Shown: positions 12,441-25,050 of the stretch, piece after piece
Layout: each line of letters begins with the position of its first letter
Numbering within the stretch: the first letter of the stretch is position 1
Origin: Octopus bimaculoides
Lineage: Eukaryota
Assembly: GCF_001194135.2 (NCBI RefSeq)
Contig: NC_068985.1
Span: forward strand, 7,279,641 to 7,343,640
DNA length: 64,000 nt
Direction of reading: 5' to 3'
Translations under genes and position numbers: made by a program
Notes under the pieces: model-generated
The model's database searches: none
What the model was told of the DNA's origin: nothing
The model's input: only the letters and a program-made list of their open reading frames with translations

Positions 12441-13791
12441 TTGCGATGGTGGTTGTTAAATCGGGACAGTTCGAAACAGAGGCAGTAAGTATTGGAAATT
12501 ATACGTTTTTCATGTGAGCTGGTAAAACTTCGGTCGTAATTTAGAGTGGCTAGATCATTAAAGAGTTATTCCATTGACGTATTTGTCATTCGTTGCCCAA
12601 TCAATAGTCATTCCACTTGGATTGTTCCCATGTATCATGTTTTACGACTAGATGCTAAAATGCTGGTTAGTTGCTTGTAACACCTTATCGTTATTAAAGT
12701 CCTTTTTTATATATTTTCACGCATTCACGCATCAAAGTACACGAGTTTTAATTTGATCTAACGAGAACAGACTTTTCAGCAACTGCTAAGGTTCTATTAC
12801 TATGCATACACGTCAATTGGTTTATGGGGATCTTCCTTGTGTGCAATTGCGTTTCACGGGCATCTATATCTTTAGACAATGCTAATTAGGTCTCCATTTC
12901 ACCACAGAATCTGTGCCGTTGAATTCACTTGAATAAGAAGAATATTTATACTCTTGTATATGTGTGTATAAGTATGTATATGTGAACACCTTTGCATAAA
13001 ACCTTACACGTCGAAGCGAATTTGAACACATATGTGAGATAATGATTGTCATTACAGTTACTTCATTTGCAAGTGAACTGATTAACGTCGGACAAGTTAG
13101 ATAATTTATTGACCAATCAGTTTCGCTTTCAGTAATCATTGAGAGTATGAAGTAATTTAAGCACACTGAGTTCCAATGTAATTCAAACTAATTGTTGTGG
13201 CCTTTGACTCATGCATCAGAATCTAATTGGTGTGAAACGAACATAAAATCAGTATTGGACTTCTGTTGTTAAAATTACATTTATCGATAGAACAATTTAA
13301 TTACCAACAATCAGATCAGATTATACATAGATATGATAATCATTGTTGTTCATCAAAAATGTTTCAATATAATACGCTGTACTTAAGCGTGAGTTGTTTA
13401 ATTAAATAAAATATAAAAGGAAGCGAAATACCGATTTAGGTATGAGGGGGGGGGGAGATATTTACTGATTATTTACAATTAATTAACAATTCTTAGAATT
13501 GATTTGTTCAACGGCCATTTTTATAAAGAAAGTCCTATTAAAAGTACTTTGTGATGCAATTTATTTGCATTTCCCTCGGGTAATCAGCTAAAATACATTT
13601 TTTTAATACAGTTATCATGTCCGTTGACCCAGACGTGGCTTGTGGTTTTTAAATTCGTTTCAAATAACTTAATCCTTTCCTTCTGTATATATTTGCATTA
13701 GTCATTCGGAATACACTAGATTTTAATGGCAATTCCAGCTCTTAAGTATCAAGTTTTTATTTTAAACATAGTCACAAGTCTTCGTTATCAG

Positions 13792-13822
<31 letters not shown>

Positions 13823-14475
13823 GCTTCTGTTCAATTCTGCCTAATTGAGCAGACCTATTATTGAACAGTTAGTCTTTTATTCAGTAGAATTGTAGCTAAA
13901 ACCATCTGCGACTATACTATTCAATTTATTCTTTCCTTTTGGAGAGCTGTATAACTTGAGGGAGACTTAAATGCTATTTTTAACACTTCGAGACACCCTA
14001 TAGAGGCTTCCTTTGACGTTTCGTGTCTTTCGTATTTTTTCTTGCTACAAAGAAGCACAGTGGCTTCGTTGACAGCTTATCTGTCTACAAGTGACTGATG
14101 ATACAGTTTCAAATTTAGTCGATGACCAAGACATTTAACTTTTAAAATAGTCCGTGCACAGGTGGATAATGAAGTAATGTTGTTCTATAACAGAAGAAAT
14201 AGCAACAGTGTATAATTTAAAAATTCTTAATTAGTTTGCATTCTTAACTTCAATTCTTCACAAGATGTGTCGTAGAGAGAGATTGATTCTGTTTGACTGC
14301 TTCAACAAGATCCACTATAAAAACGAAAGCACCAGTAACTAAGTTAGGAACCTAAGGAATGTGAAAAACCATCAAGAAAGCTGTAAATCTTAATAAACTT
14401 AAATAGATCACGCTCGGCAAAGTAAAGTGGTGGTTTCTTGTATGGATTTTTTCCAGTGATATTAGGTCACATGTA

Positions 14476-14690
14476 TATTCTTTTCTACTCTATGCACAAG
14501 GCCTGCAATTTTGGGGAGGGGGCCAGTCGATTAAATCGACTCCATTACGCAACTGGTACTTAATTTATCGACCCCGAAAGGATGAAAGGCAAAGTCGACC
14601 TCGGCGGAATTTGAATTCAGAACGTAGCGGCAGACGAAATACCGCCAAGCATTTCGCCCGGCGTGCTAACGTTTCTGCCAGCTCGCCGCC
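14476..14690 (-). mobile_element. SINE1, tail A, full length with a 14-bp TSD
   Basis: Complete head to tail A on the minus strand. TSD ttaggtcac(a/t)tgta at 14462-14475 and 14691-14704. Confidence 0.95.
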
Positions 14691-14829
14691 TTAGGTCACT
14701 TGTACGTTAAAAGACAAAGGCATTATTTATAAATATTTTGTTCCCAATCAGAGTACTGATTAAACAGAACAGTAATCGAAAGCATTCCAGCCGTGACTAT
14801 CTCGTCTTTCAACATCTTGGATAAGAACA

Positions 14830-15494
14830 AAGAGGAATCGTAAGATTTTGCTACAGAGACATTGAGCATGCTTCGGCAAGCTTACAGCGACGAGGCAAAG
14901 AGTCGTACACAATGTTTCGAGTGGCACTGGTGCTTCAAAAGCGGGAAAAAACGTCCCTGAAAGACGATGTGTGATCTGGAAGACATGCCACATGCGTCAC
15001 CCTCGGAAATGAGGTATTGTGCATCGTCAATCGAGAGTTCTACTGCGACGTTTAAGCGTTTAAGTAGTACATTCAGCGAAAATGACCGGATCTGTGGAGC
15101 GCGAAGTATTGAATTATTCACGACACAATGCACCGTGTCACTAAGCTCTTCTCACCCGTGAGTTCCTCGCCAAAAACATTATGTCGCTTCTGCACTGGCC
15201 CTATTCGACCGATTTAGCCCCTACGGACTTCCATCTCTTCCCCAAGATGAAAATGCAGCTCAAAGGTCACCGTTTTAACACCGTTGTCGTCGAAATCCAG
15301 ACTGAATCGCAGAAGGTCCCCGAATCACTTGCAGAAAACGACTTCTAGGCCGGATCCCAAATGTGACAGAAATGCCGGGACAGGTGTATTGCTGCGCAAG
15401 GTGACTATTACGAAGAAGGTAATGTTAAAACTTAAGTAAATAACATTTTTTATTAAACGTTAGTAGTTCGGGAACTTTTTCATTCCACTTCGTA
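14830..15494 (+). mobile_element. Mariner transposase pseudogene, internally deleted, with right TIR
   Basis: TETLSMLRQAYSDEAKSRTQCFEWHWCFKSG, then ..REFLAKNIMSLLHWPYSTDLAPTDFHLFPKMKMQLKGHRF (YSPDLAPxD motif) and DRCIAAQGDYYE. Right end gttcgggaactttttcattccacttcg+TA. Confidence 0.9.
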
Positions 15495-16315
15495 CGTATT
15501 TGCCTACTGTGTCTTTCTGGGCTAGACCTAGCTATTGAGATGCAAATTAATCTCACCGACTCGACAGTAATTGCGATTAAAGTATATTTATAGGCTTGTC
15601 CCATTTTCCAGATATATGTATATACGTGAATGAGTAACCCTTCGACTAGTCTTCCGATAGCGCAGAATGTTGGTCTGCTCGCCTAAACTACACAGATGTT
15701 TCAACGTCTGGTGTGGTTAGTAAATACTTTACGTAGAGCATTGCTCTGCACTTCATCTTAATCCAAGCAATGCGCCGGACCGCATCGATGTTCATCAGGA
15801 TCATTGCTCACTGCATCGCAATTGGCTGCCAGTTTCATTAGTGTTCTATGCTGTATTGAATATAATTGATAATTTGTGAAAGAAATCTTAATTTACTTTT
15901 AACTGGACATAATATTTAATCCCGGATTTAAGACAACTAGCAGTTTGTAATAATTTTTTTTTTTTCAAAATATATTTGACGTCTGTGATTGAATCCCCAA
16001 CGTAATTTCAGCATCATTTGTTTCAACATGGATCAAACTTCTTTCTATTGTAAAGAATTTCTGTGTCGAAGATTTGCTGCCAGCTACGTGCGGAAAGCAT
16101 TTCATTCTGTTCAAGTATGCGGACTTTAAATTTATTTCAAAGAAGCCCCCTAAATACAGCCTGATCCATTACACGTCTTTTGTTCGGTAATACCAAAATC
16201 AATTTGATTATAGTGTTATTGATTAAGGCATTCATTTCTGTGTGATTGATTTTTGTTCTTTTTAGTATTTACTCTTTTAGCATCGCGCTAATATTTATTT
16301 TAATTTCATCTTTAA

Positions 16316-16530
16316 GGCAGCGAGCTGGCAAAATCGTTAGCACACTGGACGAAATGCTTAACAGTATTTCGCTTGTCGCTAGGTTCTGAGTTCAAATTCC
16401 GCCGAGGTTGACTTTACCTTTCATCCTTTCGAGGTCGATAAATTAAGTACCAGTTGAGTACTGGAGTAGATGGTATCGACCACCCCTCCCCCAAATTTCT
16501 GGCCTTGTTCCAATAATAAAGAGGATTATA
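16316..16530 (+). mobile_element. SINE1, tail A, full length
   Basis: Head, core and tail A ending gaggattat. Short flanking duplication ttaatttca. Confidence 0.92.
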
Positions 16531-16771
16531 TTAATTTCACGTCTCATCGTCTTAAATTTATAGGTTCCGGTTAATTCTGGAAGAGCGGAAGACAAACTGC
16601 TGTCAAGGGTCTCGCAGGTTCTCTTTCCACGGTATTTAACATCCAAGTACCAATCTCAGAAGCCACGTTCTCCTCAATGAAGCAGTTTTCTAAATATGTT
16701 CTAACCACGAGTCAGTCCCAATTTCTACAACAAATTTCTCAAACCTGGTTGTTAATGCTCTCATATTCTAT

Positions 16772-17110
16772 CTTTTATTTGTTTACTTATTTCAGTCATT
16801 AGACTCCCACCATGCTTGTGTACCGCCCGAAAGAATTTTTAGTCGAATGAATCGATCCCTGTATTTATATATTTTGAAGGGAATGTAAACTCACCGTCCT
16901 AGGTTGTCAAGCATTAGCAGCTAGGAACTAACACAGACAAGCAGACACACACACGTGTGTGTGTGTGGTGGGTGTGTATATTCTTTTCCGTCTCTCAAAT
17001 CCATTCACAGGGCCTTGGTCTGCCAGAGGCTGTAGTAGAATTCGCGCACTCGGTCTGAACACGCAAGCATGTGATTGAAAAAGAAGATACCGACCCCCAG
17101 CCATGCATGC

Positions 17111-17112
<2 letters not shown>
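16772..17112 (-). mobile_element. SINE2 (CORE-like), degraded
   Basis: ttcagtcattagact..catgct, caaatccattcacagggccttggtc..gaggctgtagtagaa match the intact SINE2 at 53484. Confidence 0.7.
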
Positions 17113-17168
<56 letters not shown>

Positions 17169-17216
17169 TCTATACACAATATACACAATCTCTATCTACA
17201 TCTCTCCGTCACTCTG

Positions 17217-17248
<32 letters not shown>

Positions 17249-18509
17249 GTACGTTTGTATAATCATCCACATAGACACATATTCAAAGGTAATAGCTTGT
17301 GCTTTCAATGCGTAGACACTTATAAGCTATCATTCGAAAGATCACAGTACTTTTGACAATGTTCAAAAGGATTCTCCACTTCACTACAGTGGTACTAAAA
17401 CAGCATTAGCAAAAGTCTGCAAATGTCCAAGTATATAGATCCATAAAACTTGCTTCTCGCTTACAGAATAATTTCAATTTATAATGAGCTCCTTTCTTCA
17501 CTGTCGCGTACATGCTGAATTATATTGCTGAACTGCAAGATTGTGTATTTNNNNNNNNNNACGCAAATTGATGACTTTTTAGCTGTCTGATAATGACATT
17601 TCCTATATTTTGTTGATCCATATTCAGAAAATGGAAATAACTTTGAAGTCTGATATTTCAAATATTTTTCAGGCTTTTTATGAATTCTAAACGTTAAATA
17701 TCGATTTCTGCTTTGGTTATGAAGCAAATGTTTTAGTTTTGAACTGTGTAGATTATGGAGACAACCTGAGTATATTTTTAGTATTTTTGTGTTTGGGGGT
17801 GGTGGGGTGGGGCGAACGAAGCGCGCTATTGGCATTCTTTCTATTTGATCAAACGTGTGATCAAAAGCTTTCCACCCATGACTGTCGCGCGATTTTATCA
17901 ATACTTTTCTCACCCTACACCCAACTTTCAGGTCAGATTCCAAGCAAAGTTTATTCGAACTTTTTCTTATCCGATCGTCATCCCACAACCTGTAATTTTA
18001 TAGAATCTTTGACTTTTCTTGTTTATGTGGCTAATTGTGAAAATCTTCCAAAACAAATATGCTCAACCAAACCTTTCCCAGTCAGAGAAGATTAAATTTG
18101 GAACTGAAAAATCAGTTGTTGTATATTGGTTGTTTGTTTCAACGAAGCCGTGGGTAGCTCCTTATCATTTTAATAATGGATTTTTAACTCATTCTGTGGA
18201 AGCTAATCGTTTTAAAAAGATTTAATTTTATTTGTCATTTCTAACACTTTTAGAAACGGCGCTCTAATCCAATGCAATGCAAGGATTTCACAACACTGAG
18301 TAAAATGCATGCGTTTCGTTTAATTAATCAGTATGTAAGGCCTTTCTTTTTATATCAGTGGAATACAAAGTATACACCTCTCACATGCAAGGGGCTACTG
18401 TTACTTATATCCCTGGGCACACCAAAGTTAAAGAACACCAATGGCAAAAACGAAAGCAACGTCGAAAGGTGCTGTCAAAAGATGCCGTATGATGAAGAAC
18501 ATGAATATG

Positions 18510-18928
18510 CTTTTGTACTCTAAGCACAAGGCCCGAAATTTGGGGGAAGGGGTCAGTTGATTAGATCGACTCCAGTACGCAATTGGTACTTAATTTATCG
18601 ACCCCGAAAGAATGAAAGGCAAAGTCGACCTCAGCGGAATTTGAACTCAGAAAGTAACGGCAGATGAAATACTGCTATTTCGCCCAGCGTGCTAACGTTT
18701 CCTATTTCCTTATTGCCCAAAAGGGGTTAAACATAGAGGGAACAAACAAGAACAAAGGTATTAAGTCGATTACATCGACCCCAGTGCGTAACTGGTACTT
18801 AATTTATCGACCCCGAAAGGATGAAAGCAAAGTCGACCTCAGCGGAATTTGAACGCAAAAGGTAACGGCAGACGAAATGATGCTAAGCATTTGGCGCAGC
18901 GTGCTAACGTTTCTGCCAGCTCGCCGCC
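18510..18928 (-). mobile_element. SINE1 dimer (tail-B unit fused to a headless tail-A unit)
   Basis: Two SINE1 bodies joined at GAAAC (plus-strand gtttc, 18697-18701). Degenerate flanking duplication catgaatat. Confidence 0.92.
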
Positions 18929-19129
18929 AAGAAACTCATGAATATTGGCTTCAGAAAATGTCGATATGTGCGTAAAGAATATATTTATTCTATGACAATT
19001 ATTGGCATTATTAATATCAGTGGAAGTGTTTGAAAGTTTCGTTTCGGTACTCCTGACAGCTCTAAAGGTAATCAAAATTTCTTTTATTTCGATTTTTACA
19101 ATTTCGGAACAAATTGCATTTTACAGTAC

Positions 19130-19324
19130 TATATTTAAGAGATGAGGAATTATGTACATTATTTTCATTATTTACATTATTTACACTTGACCGATATTTG
19201 TCCTCATCTTGTTTGTCGCTAACACAACGTTTCGGCTGATATACCCTCCAGCCTTCATCAGATGTCTTGGGGAAATTTCGAACCTGAGTTCTCATTCCTA
19301 AGGTATTTTTCGATATTATTATTA

Positions 19325-19391
<67 letters not shown>

Positions 19392-19513
19392 CATTCCGGT
19401 TCCCATACACACGGTCTGCTTAGGCGATTGTTGTGTCCTAGCATATGTGCTGCTTCTTTTAGTTTTCGTATTTTCCAGTGGTGTTCTCTGTCTATTATTT
19501 TAACTTCATCCCA
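19130..19513 (-). mobile_element. Penelope-like element 3' fragment: end of the GIY-YIG endonuclease, (TAA)n tract and pseudo-LTR
   Basis: Minus frame 19513-19391 reads WDEVKIIDREHHWKIRKLKEAAHMLGHNNRLSRPCVWEPE*, like the Penelope endonuclease C-terminus (recognition). A same-strand hammerhead motif lies downstream at 19221-19266. Confidence 0.8.
19221..19266 (-). ncRNA. Minimal type I hammerhead ribozyme with intact core, in the Penelope pseudo-LTR
   Basis: Minus strand gacat-CTGATGA-a-GGCTG-gagggtatat-CAGCC-GAAA-cg-TT-gtgtt. Stem I GACAU/GUGUU, perfect 5-bp stem II, stem III reduced to the palindrome AACGUU. Confidence 0.8.
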
Positions 19514-20246
19514 TGTGTTTTTAGCTTCAAACCCCATTTCTGGCACAGTTTCCAGTGTAAAGCGTTTACAACCTTGTCATGCTTCCATTTCTGATATTCT
19601 TCCTGTGCCAACTTGGGGCATTTCTTCCACAATGTGTGCCACTGTCTCCTTCCAAGTTCCACAGGCTCTACAATTTTCTGATACATTGCCTTCCATATAT
19701 ATTTTTTCTCAAGTTGTTTGTTTTTATCGCTTGATCTTGGGCTGCTACAATTAGGTTCTCTGTTTCTTTTTTTAATTGCCCCTTTTCTAACCAAACCCAG
19801 GATTTTGTTCCACGTTCTTCTCCAATGGCTCTCCAAAACTGACCATGAAGAGGTTTCTCTTTGATCCGTCTGACGTTGCTCTCTTTCTATTTCATTCCTA
19901 TCCTTTTTTTCCTATTACGCACTTCATAACCTGTTCTTTATTAACTGTCTCTAGTAGTCTTCCTGTGCTCCTCTGTAAATACTCTACTAGACGTTTTCTT
20001 TCCATCTGTACATATTCTTCTACTTCTATAAAGCTTCTTCCACCCTGGTCTCACATCAAGTACAGCCGGTTGATATCAGCTTTCGAATGGTGGGCTCCAT
20101 ACATCGTCAACAACTTTCTAGTTTTTCTGTCAAGTTTCTTTACACTGTTTCTGTTCCAGTCTATAATTCCAACTCTGTATCTGACTAAGAGTACTGCTCT
20201 TGAATTTATTGCTTCAGTAAGATTTTTGGATATCCTGTCTTGCTTT
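19506..20246 (-). mobile_element. R4/Dong-type non-LTR retrotransposon fragment: post-RT region and CCHC zinc knuckle
   Basis: EAINSRAVLLVRYRVGIIDWNRNSVKKLDRKTRKLLTMYGAHHSKADINRLYL..GGR, KPLHGQF, and (frameshifted) CRACGTWKETVAHIVEE-CPKLAQEEYQKWKHDKVVNALHWKLC. Confidence 0.88.
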
Positions 20247-20345
20247 ATCATCATCATCATCATCATCATTATCATTATTATCTTTGCCATTATCATCATC
20301 ACCTTCATCATTATCATCTTCATCATCAATACTATTGCTGATTAT
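20247..20345. repeat. Degenerate (ATC)n tract
   Basis: Directly visible. Confidence 0.9.
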
Positions 20346-20754
20346 ATTACACTTTCCTGTGACTTCTACATCTCTAGCAGATGCACCCCAGTGCCACGAG
20401 ACTGTGTTCATCAGTGATATTAGGAAATGAAAAAATTCTGCTTACCATATCACCTTGGCTTTGTGGTGGGATGCTGTTTTATTTGATTTTAACTTTGTTA
20501 TCTGGTCATAATACAATATTTCGCCGGTTATGTAGAATATATACAATATCAGTTATGTTGTTTTGCTAAGTAGTGAGTGGCTAGGTTGCATTTTGTGCGT
20601 TGCTTTATATTATTCTGCAGAAGAGATTCTGTAAAGTCAGCGTTATAAAATTGCTATTACATTAGTTCAAGATTGTACAGCGTGTTTGTACTATCAATAC
20701 AAGTTGTATACCGCTGCTCTGAGCCTTGTATGGCTATTATAAACATATATCTTG

Positions 20755-20769
20755 TTATGTATGTATGCG

Positions 20770-20820
<51 letters not shown>

Positions 20821-21245
20821 NNNNNNNNNNNNNNNNNNNNNNNNNNNNNNNNNNNNNNNNNNNNNNNNNNNNNNNNNNNNNNNNNNNNNNNNNNNNNNNN
20901 NNNNNNNNNNNNNNNNNNNNNNNNNNNNNNNNNNNNNNNNNNNNNNNNNNNNNNNNNNNNNNNNNNNNNNNNNNNNNNNNNNNNNNNNNNNNNNNNNNNN
21001 NNNNNNNNNNNNNNNNNNNNNNNNNNNNNNNNNNNNNNNNNNNNNNNNNNNNNNNNNNNNNNNNNNNNNNNNNNNNNNNNNNNNNNNNNNNNNNNNNNNN
21101 NNNNNNNNNNNNNNNNNNNNNNNNNNNNNNNNNNNNNNNNNNNNNNNNNNNNNNNNNNNNNNNNNNNNNNNNNNNNNNNNNNNNNNNNNNNNNNNNNNNN
21201 NNNNNNNNNNNNNNNNNNNNNNNNNNNNNNNNNNNNNNNNNNNNN

Positions 21246-21285
<40 letters not shown>

Positions 21286-21380
21286 GCATATATATATGTA
21301 TATATATATATGTGCATATGCATATATATACACATATATATGTATGTATGTGTATATGTATATGTATATGTATGTATATT
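20755..21380. repeat. (TA)n tract containing an N-gap at 20821-21245
   Basis: Directly visible. Confidence 0.95.
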
Positions 21381-21865
21381 ATTAGTTAAGTTCAATAGAG
21401 CTTGTTTTGTTTTCGAAAGAATAGAATATAAAAGCTTTCACTTCTATACTAATAACTATGGAAGATTGGTGGGAATATTATCTATATGGACTTCAAAGGC
21501 TAGGCTGCTATGTAGTTAGATAATTTAGGAGTTAGTTATAGGTTTACTTACAGAATTATTAATTTACCGATACCGTTTTTGTACATAAGGTAGATGTGGT
21601 TTCTTTGCTGTAGTTTAATTGATAATGTTAGTGCTTAATCCTTCCTAGAATTAAGATTGAATGAATGTGGTGATATCTAAGGTATATTTGTTCCCAAACA
21701 ATACTTATTTTATTTTAGTGCTGTTGACACCGCCGGATTGAATGGTACTGCCCAGGTGTCGAAACCATAGTGATATCCGTGGGGGCAGCTGATGTTCGAG
21801 ATGTGTCGGATTGTTGGCATGGCTGTTATTGTATGTGCGGAATAGATTTATAAGACATCCATTTG

Positions 21866-21898
<33 letters not shown>

Positions 21899-23674
21899 TG
21901 TATGTATGTATGTATGTATGTATGTATGTATATATGCATCAGCAATATCTAGACTGGGAAATAGAATTGGTATATAACCGTTCTTCTATAAAGAAATACA
22001 TACAAACGTATATGTCAACTTAAGCACTGCTACGTATAGGTTTGTAGTATGCGTGTATGTATTGCGTACTTATTCTGCATATGTGCACGCGTGTGTGTGT
22101 CTGTGTGTGTAAGATGGTGAGTGCGTATGCATAAATGCATAAGGAGACATCAACGTTTGGACAGCGAAATCCTTCTTTAGCTCATCCATTCGAAACATTC
22201 GGAAATAGTTTTACTCGAAATAAAAACACAAGTTACGTTACTGACATTGCTGTCCTTACTACTGCATTTCCAATAAGATAAATTACTTCTAGCAAAGATG
22301 GCTTTGATCTGTCTATTCCTGTACTTCCATTACATAATTTTACTAATGCTACATCCTCTAATGCCAAAAGCAATCACATTTCAAACCACGACATATCGGT
22401 TACCAGTAATGGATTACATTCACTCGCTGCTATTAATAGTAGACTAGTTTATATGTGGGGGTTTTAGCAATATCTTTCTTTTTAATGTCTACTTTTATAT
22501 AGGAAATTTTTGCGCAAGCGTACGTTGGCTCAACATTTTTAATATAGTCGAACATTTCAGGCAGTCAAAAGGAGATCAGTTTGTGATCCAAGAGGGTTGA
22601 TAACCCCATTCTCGCAATTCATTTCCAGCCTAGCTGGACCCGTGGTATTGTCATTGTTGTTGACAGCTAAGACGTTAACATTTCTTCAAATCATTCTCTC
22701 GTCCTTTGTGAAAACATTAATTGCATTTTCTTTCATTCAACTTTCTTCTACGCAACTTTTTCTCGTTCTATTTCCAGCGTTTCCTATTTCTACTCTTGTC
22801 TTGTCTGTTCTATGTTTGGCCTCATTCTTTCACTTGTTACCTCATTTCGTTTCTAGCAGTTCGTATTCTTTAAAATCAAGAAATATGAAAGATTTAGGCA
22901 TTGTTGTGTAGCAAAAGAAACTATTCCATTCTTTTCCCTCTCACTGGTATCAAAATCTCAATTGCTATTCGCATTAACAAACATCATCGCTATCATACCA
23001 TCACTTTAACGATCTTAATATATTTTTCAGAATATCACACATCAGGGTATCTGCGTGTGAGCGTATGTCTACGTAGAGAATTTAATCTTCCCCTCCCTGA
23101 CAGTTTCATTTCCCTTCACTACTCTCTTCTCCCTCTCTCCTCTATCTCTTCTCTCTCTCTCTCTCACTCTCTCTCTCTGTCTTTCTCTCTCTTTCTCTCT
23201 CTTTCTCTCTCTCCCTTCACTCAGAGCACTACTTCTTTTGCTACTCACATGAGTACTTATGTTTCCATGTAGCAGCGTAGGTATATATGAACGAGTACTT
23301 TTGGTTATCTCACCCCATTAATTGGATTATCTCCCCACGTTTTATGAAAACGTTTCGGTACTTTTGGTTATCTCGCCCAACTAAAAAAAAGTTGTTTGAC
23401 CATCAATAAAACAAAATATAATTGAAAAAGAATCAATAAACATAAGAGCTGAAAAAATTAATCATATAATTCAATCTAATTTTTATAACAAATCATGCCA
23501 TGCTTACTGAATGTCAACAACGTGTTGAAGTATTGAATCAGAAGGATCTAACATTTTTAATTCAATCTCTTGTCGCCACAAACTCACCATTATCAAAGAG
23601 AGGGAGAGAGAGAAAGAGAAACAGAGAAGCAGAGTCAGAAACAAAAAGCGAACAGGTATACATAATATGCATAT

Positions 23675-24150
23675 GTATCTATCTATCTCTCTCTATATAT
23701 ATATATATATATNNNNNNNNNNNNNNNNNNNNNNNNNNNNNNNNNNNNNNNNNNNNNNNNNNNNNNNNNNNNNNNNNNNNNNNNNNNNNNNNNNNNNNNN
23801 NNNNNNNNNNNNNNNNNNNNNNNNNNNNNNNNNNNNNNNNNNNNNNNNNNNNNNNNNNNNNNNNNNNNNNNNNNNNNNNNNNNNNNNNNNNNNNNNNNNN
23901 NNNNNNNNNNNNNNNNNNNNNNNNNNNNNNNNNNNNNNNNNNNNNNNNNNNNNNNNNNNNNNNNNNNNNNNNNNNNNNNNNNNNNNNNNNNNNNNNNNNN
24001 NNNNNNNNNNNNNNNNNNNNNNNNNNNNNNNNNNNNNNNNNNNNNNNNNNNNNNNNNNNNNNNNNNNNNNNNNNNNNNNNNNNNNNNNNNNNNNNNNNNN
24101 NNNNNNNNNNNNNNNNNNNNNNNNNNNNNTATATATATATATATATATAT
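23675..24150. repeat. (TA)n tract containing an N-gap at 23713-24129
   Basis: Directly visible. Confidence 0.95.
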
Positions 24151-24676
24151 TACAAATTTAAAAGGGTGATCGAAGTGAATAATAATGATCATGTGTGTGT
24201 GTGTGTAATTATTATAGACTTCGGTCACATTTTTAGATTTGCCGCTGCGTTAAAAACGCAGTTACTCTGACCGTTGGTCCAGTAAGAATCTCTGATGATA
24301 ATTAAGTGGCATTTTCTCAAAGTTTAAAATCGTGATGATGCGGGCATTAACTGGCTTTTCAATTTATGATCCTTTTCGCTATTGCTACGGGGGCTAAGAA
24401 TTTCTACTCATTCCCCCGACTTCAATTAATGTGTATCAGTTAAAAGCGGCAAGTTACATTGTGGAACAGTCATTTTAACGAGTTTTTTTGTTTATTTTTC
24501 ACCCGACCAGATACGTCTGTACCTCCGGATATTCCTGAACCAGTCGTTGAGTGTTCCACAAGAGGAATCGATGCTAAATGTGCGGAAACAATTGTTGTGA
24601 TCAATAATATATTCTCGTATATTCCATCTTCTGTCTTTCATTTGTTATATACATATATATATTTTTATATATATAT

Positions 24677-24810
24677 ACGACGGGCTTCTTTCAGTTTTCG
24701 TCTACCAAATCCACTCACAAGGCTTTGGTCGGCCAGAGGCTATAGTAGAAGACACTCGCCCAAGGTGCCACGCAGTGGGACTGAACATGGAACAACACAG
24801 CCACTCCTGC
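24677..24810 (-). mobile_element. SINE2 5' half with a short internal deletion
   Basis: gacgggcttctttcagttttcgtctaccaaatccactcacaaggctttggtcgg..cccaaggtgccacgcagtgggactgaac..cacagccactcctgc. Confidence 0.9.
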
Positions 24811-24869
24811 AACTATATATGCGTGAGCGTGTGTGTATGTGTGTGTGTGTCTGTGTGTGTGTGTGTGTA

Positions 24870-24912
<43 letters not shown>

Positions 24913-24999
24913 ATATGTACATACGCAAGGCGCTAAATCGAAACCAGAAGTTAGTCCTGTCACCAATAAATATTGTGCTGTATAATCTTATCAACAACA

Positions 25000-25050
<51 letters not shown>

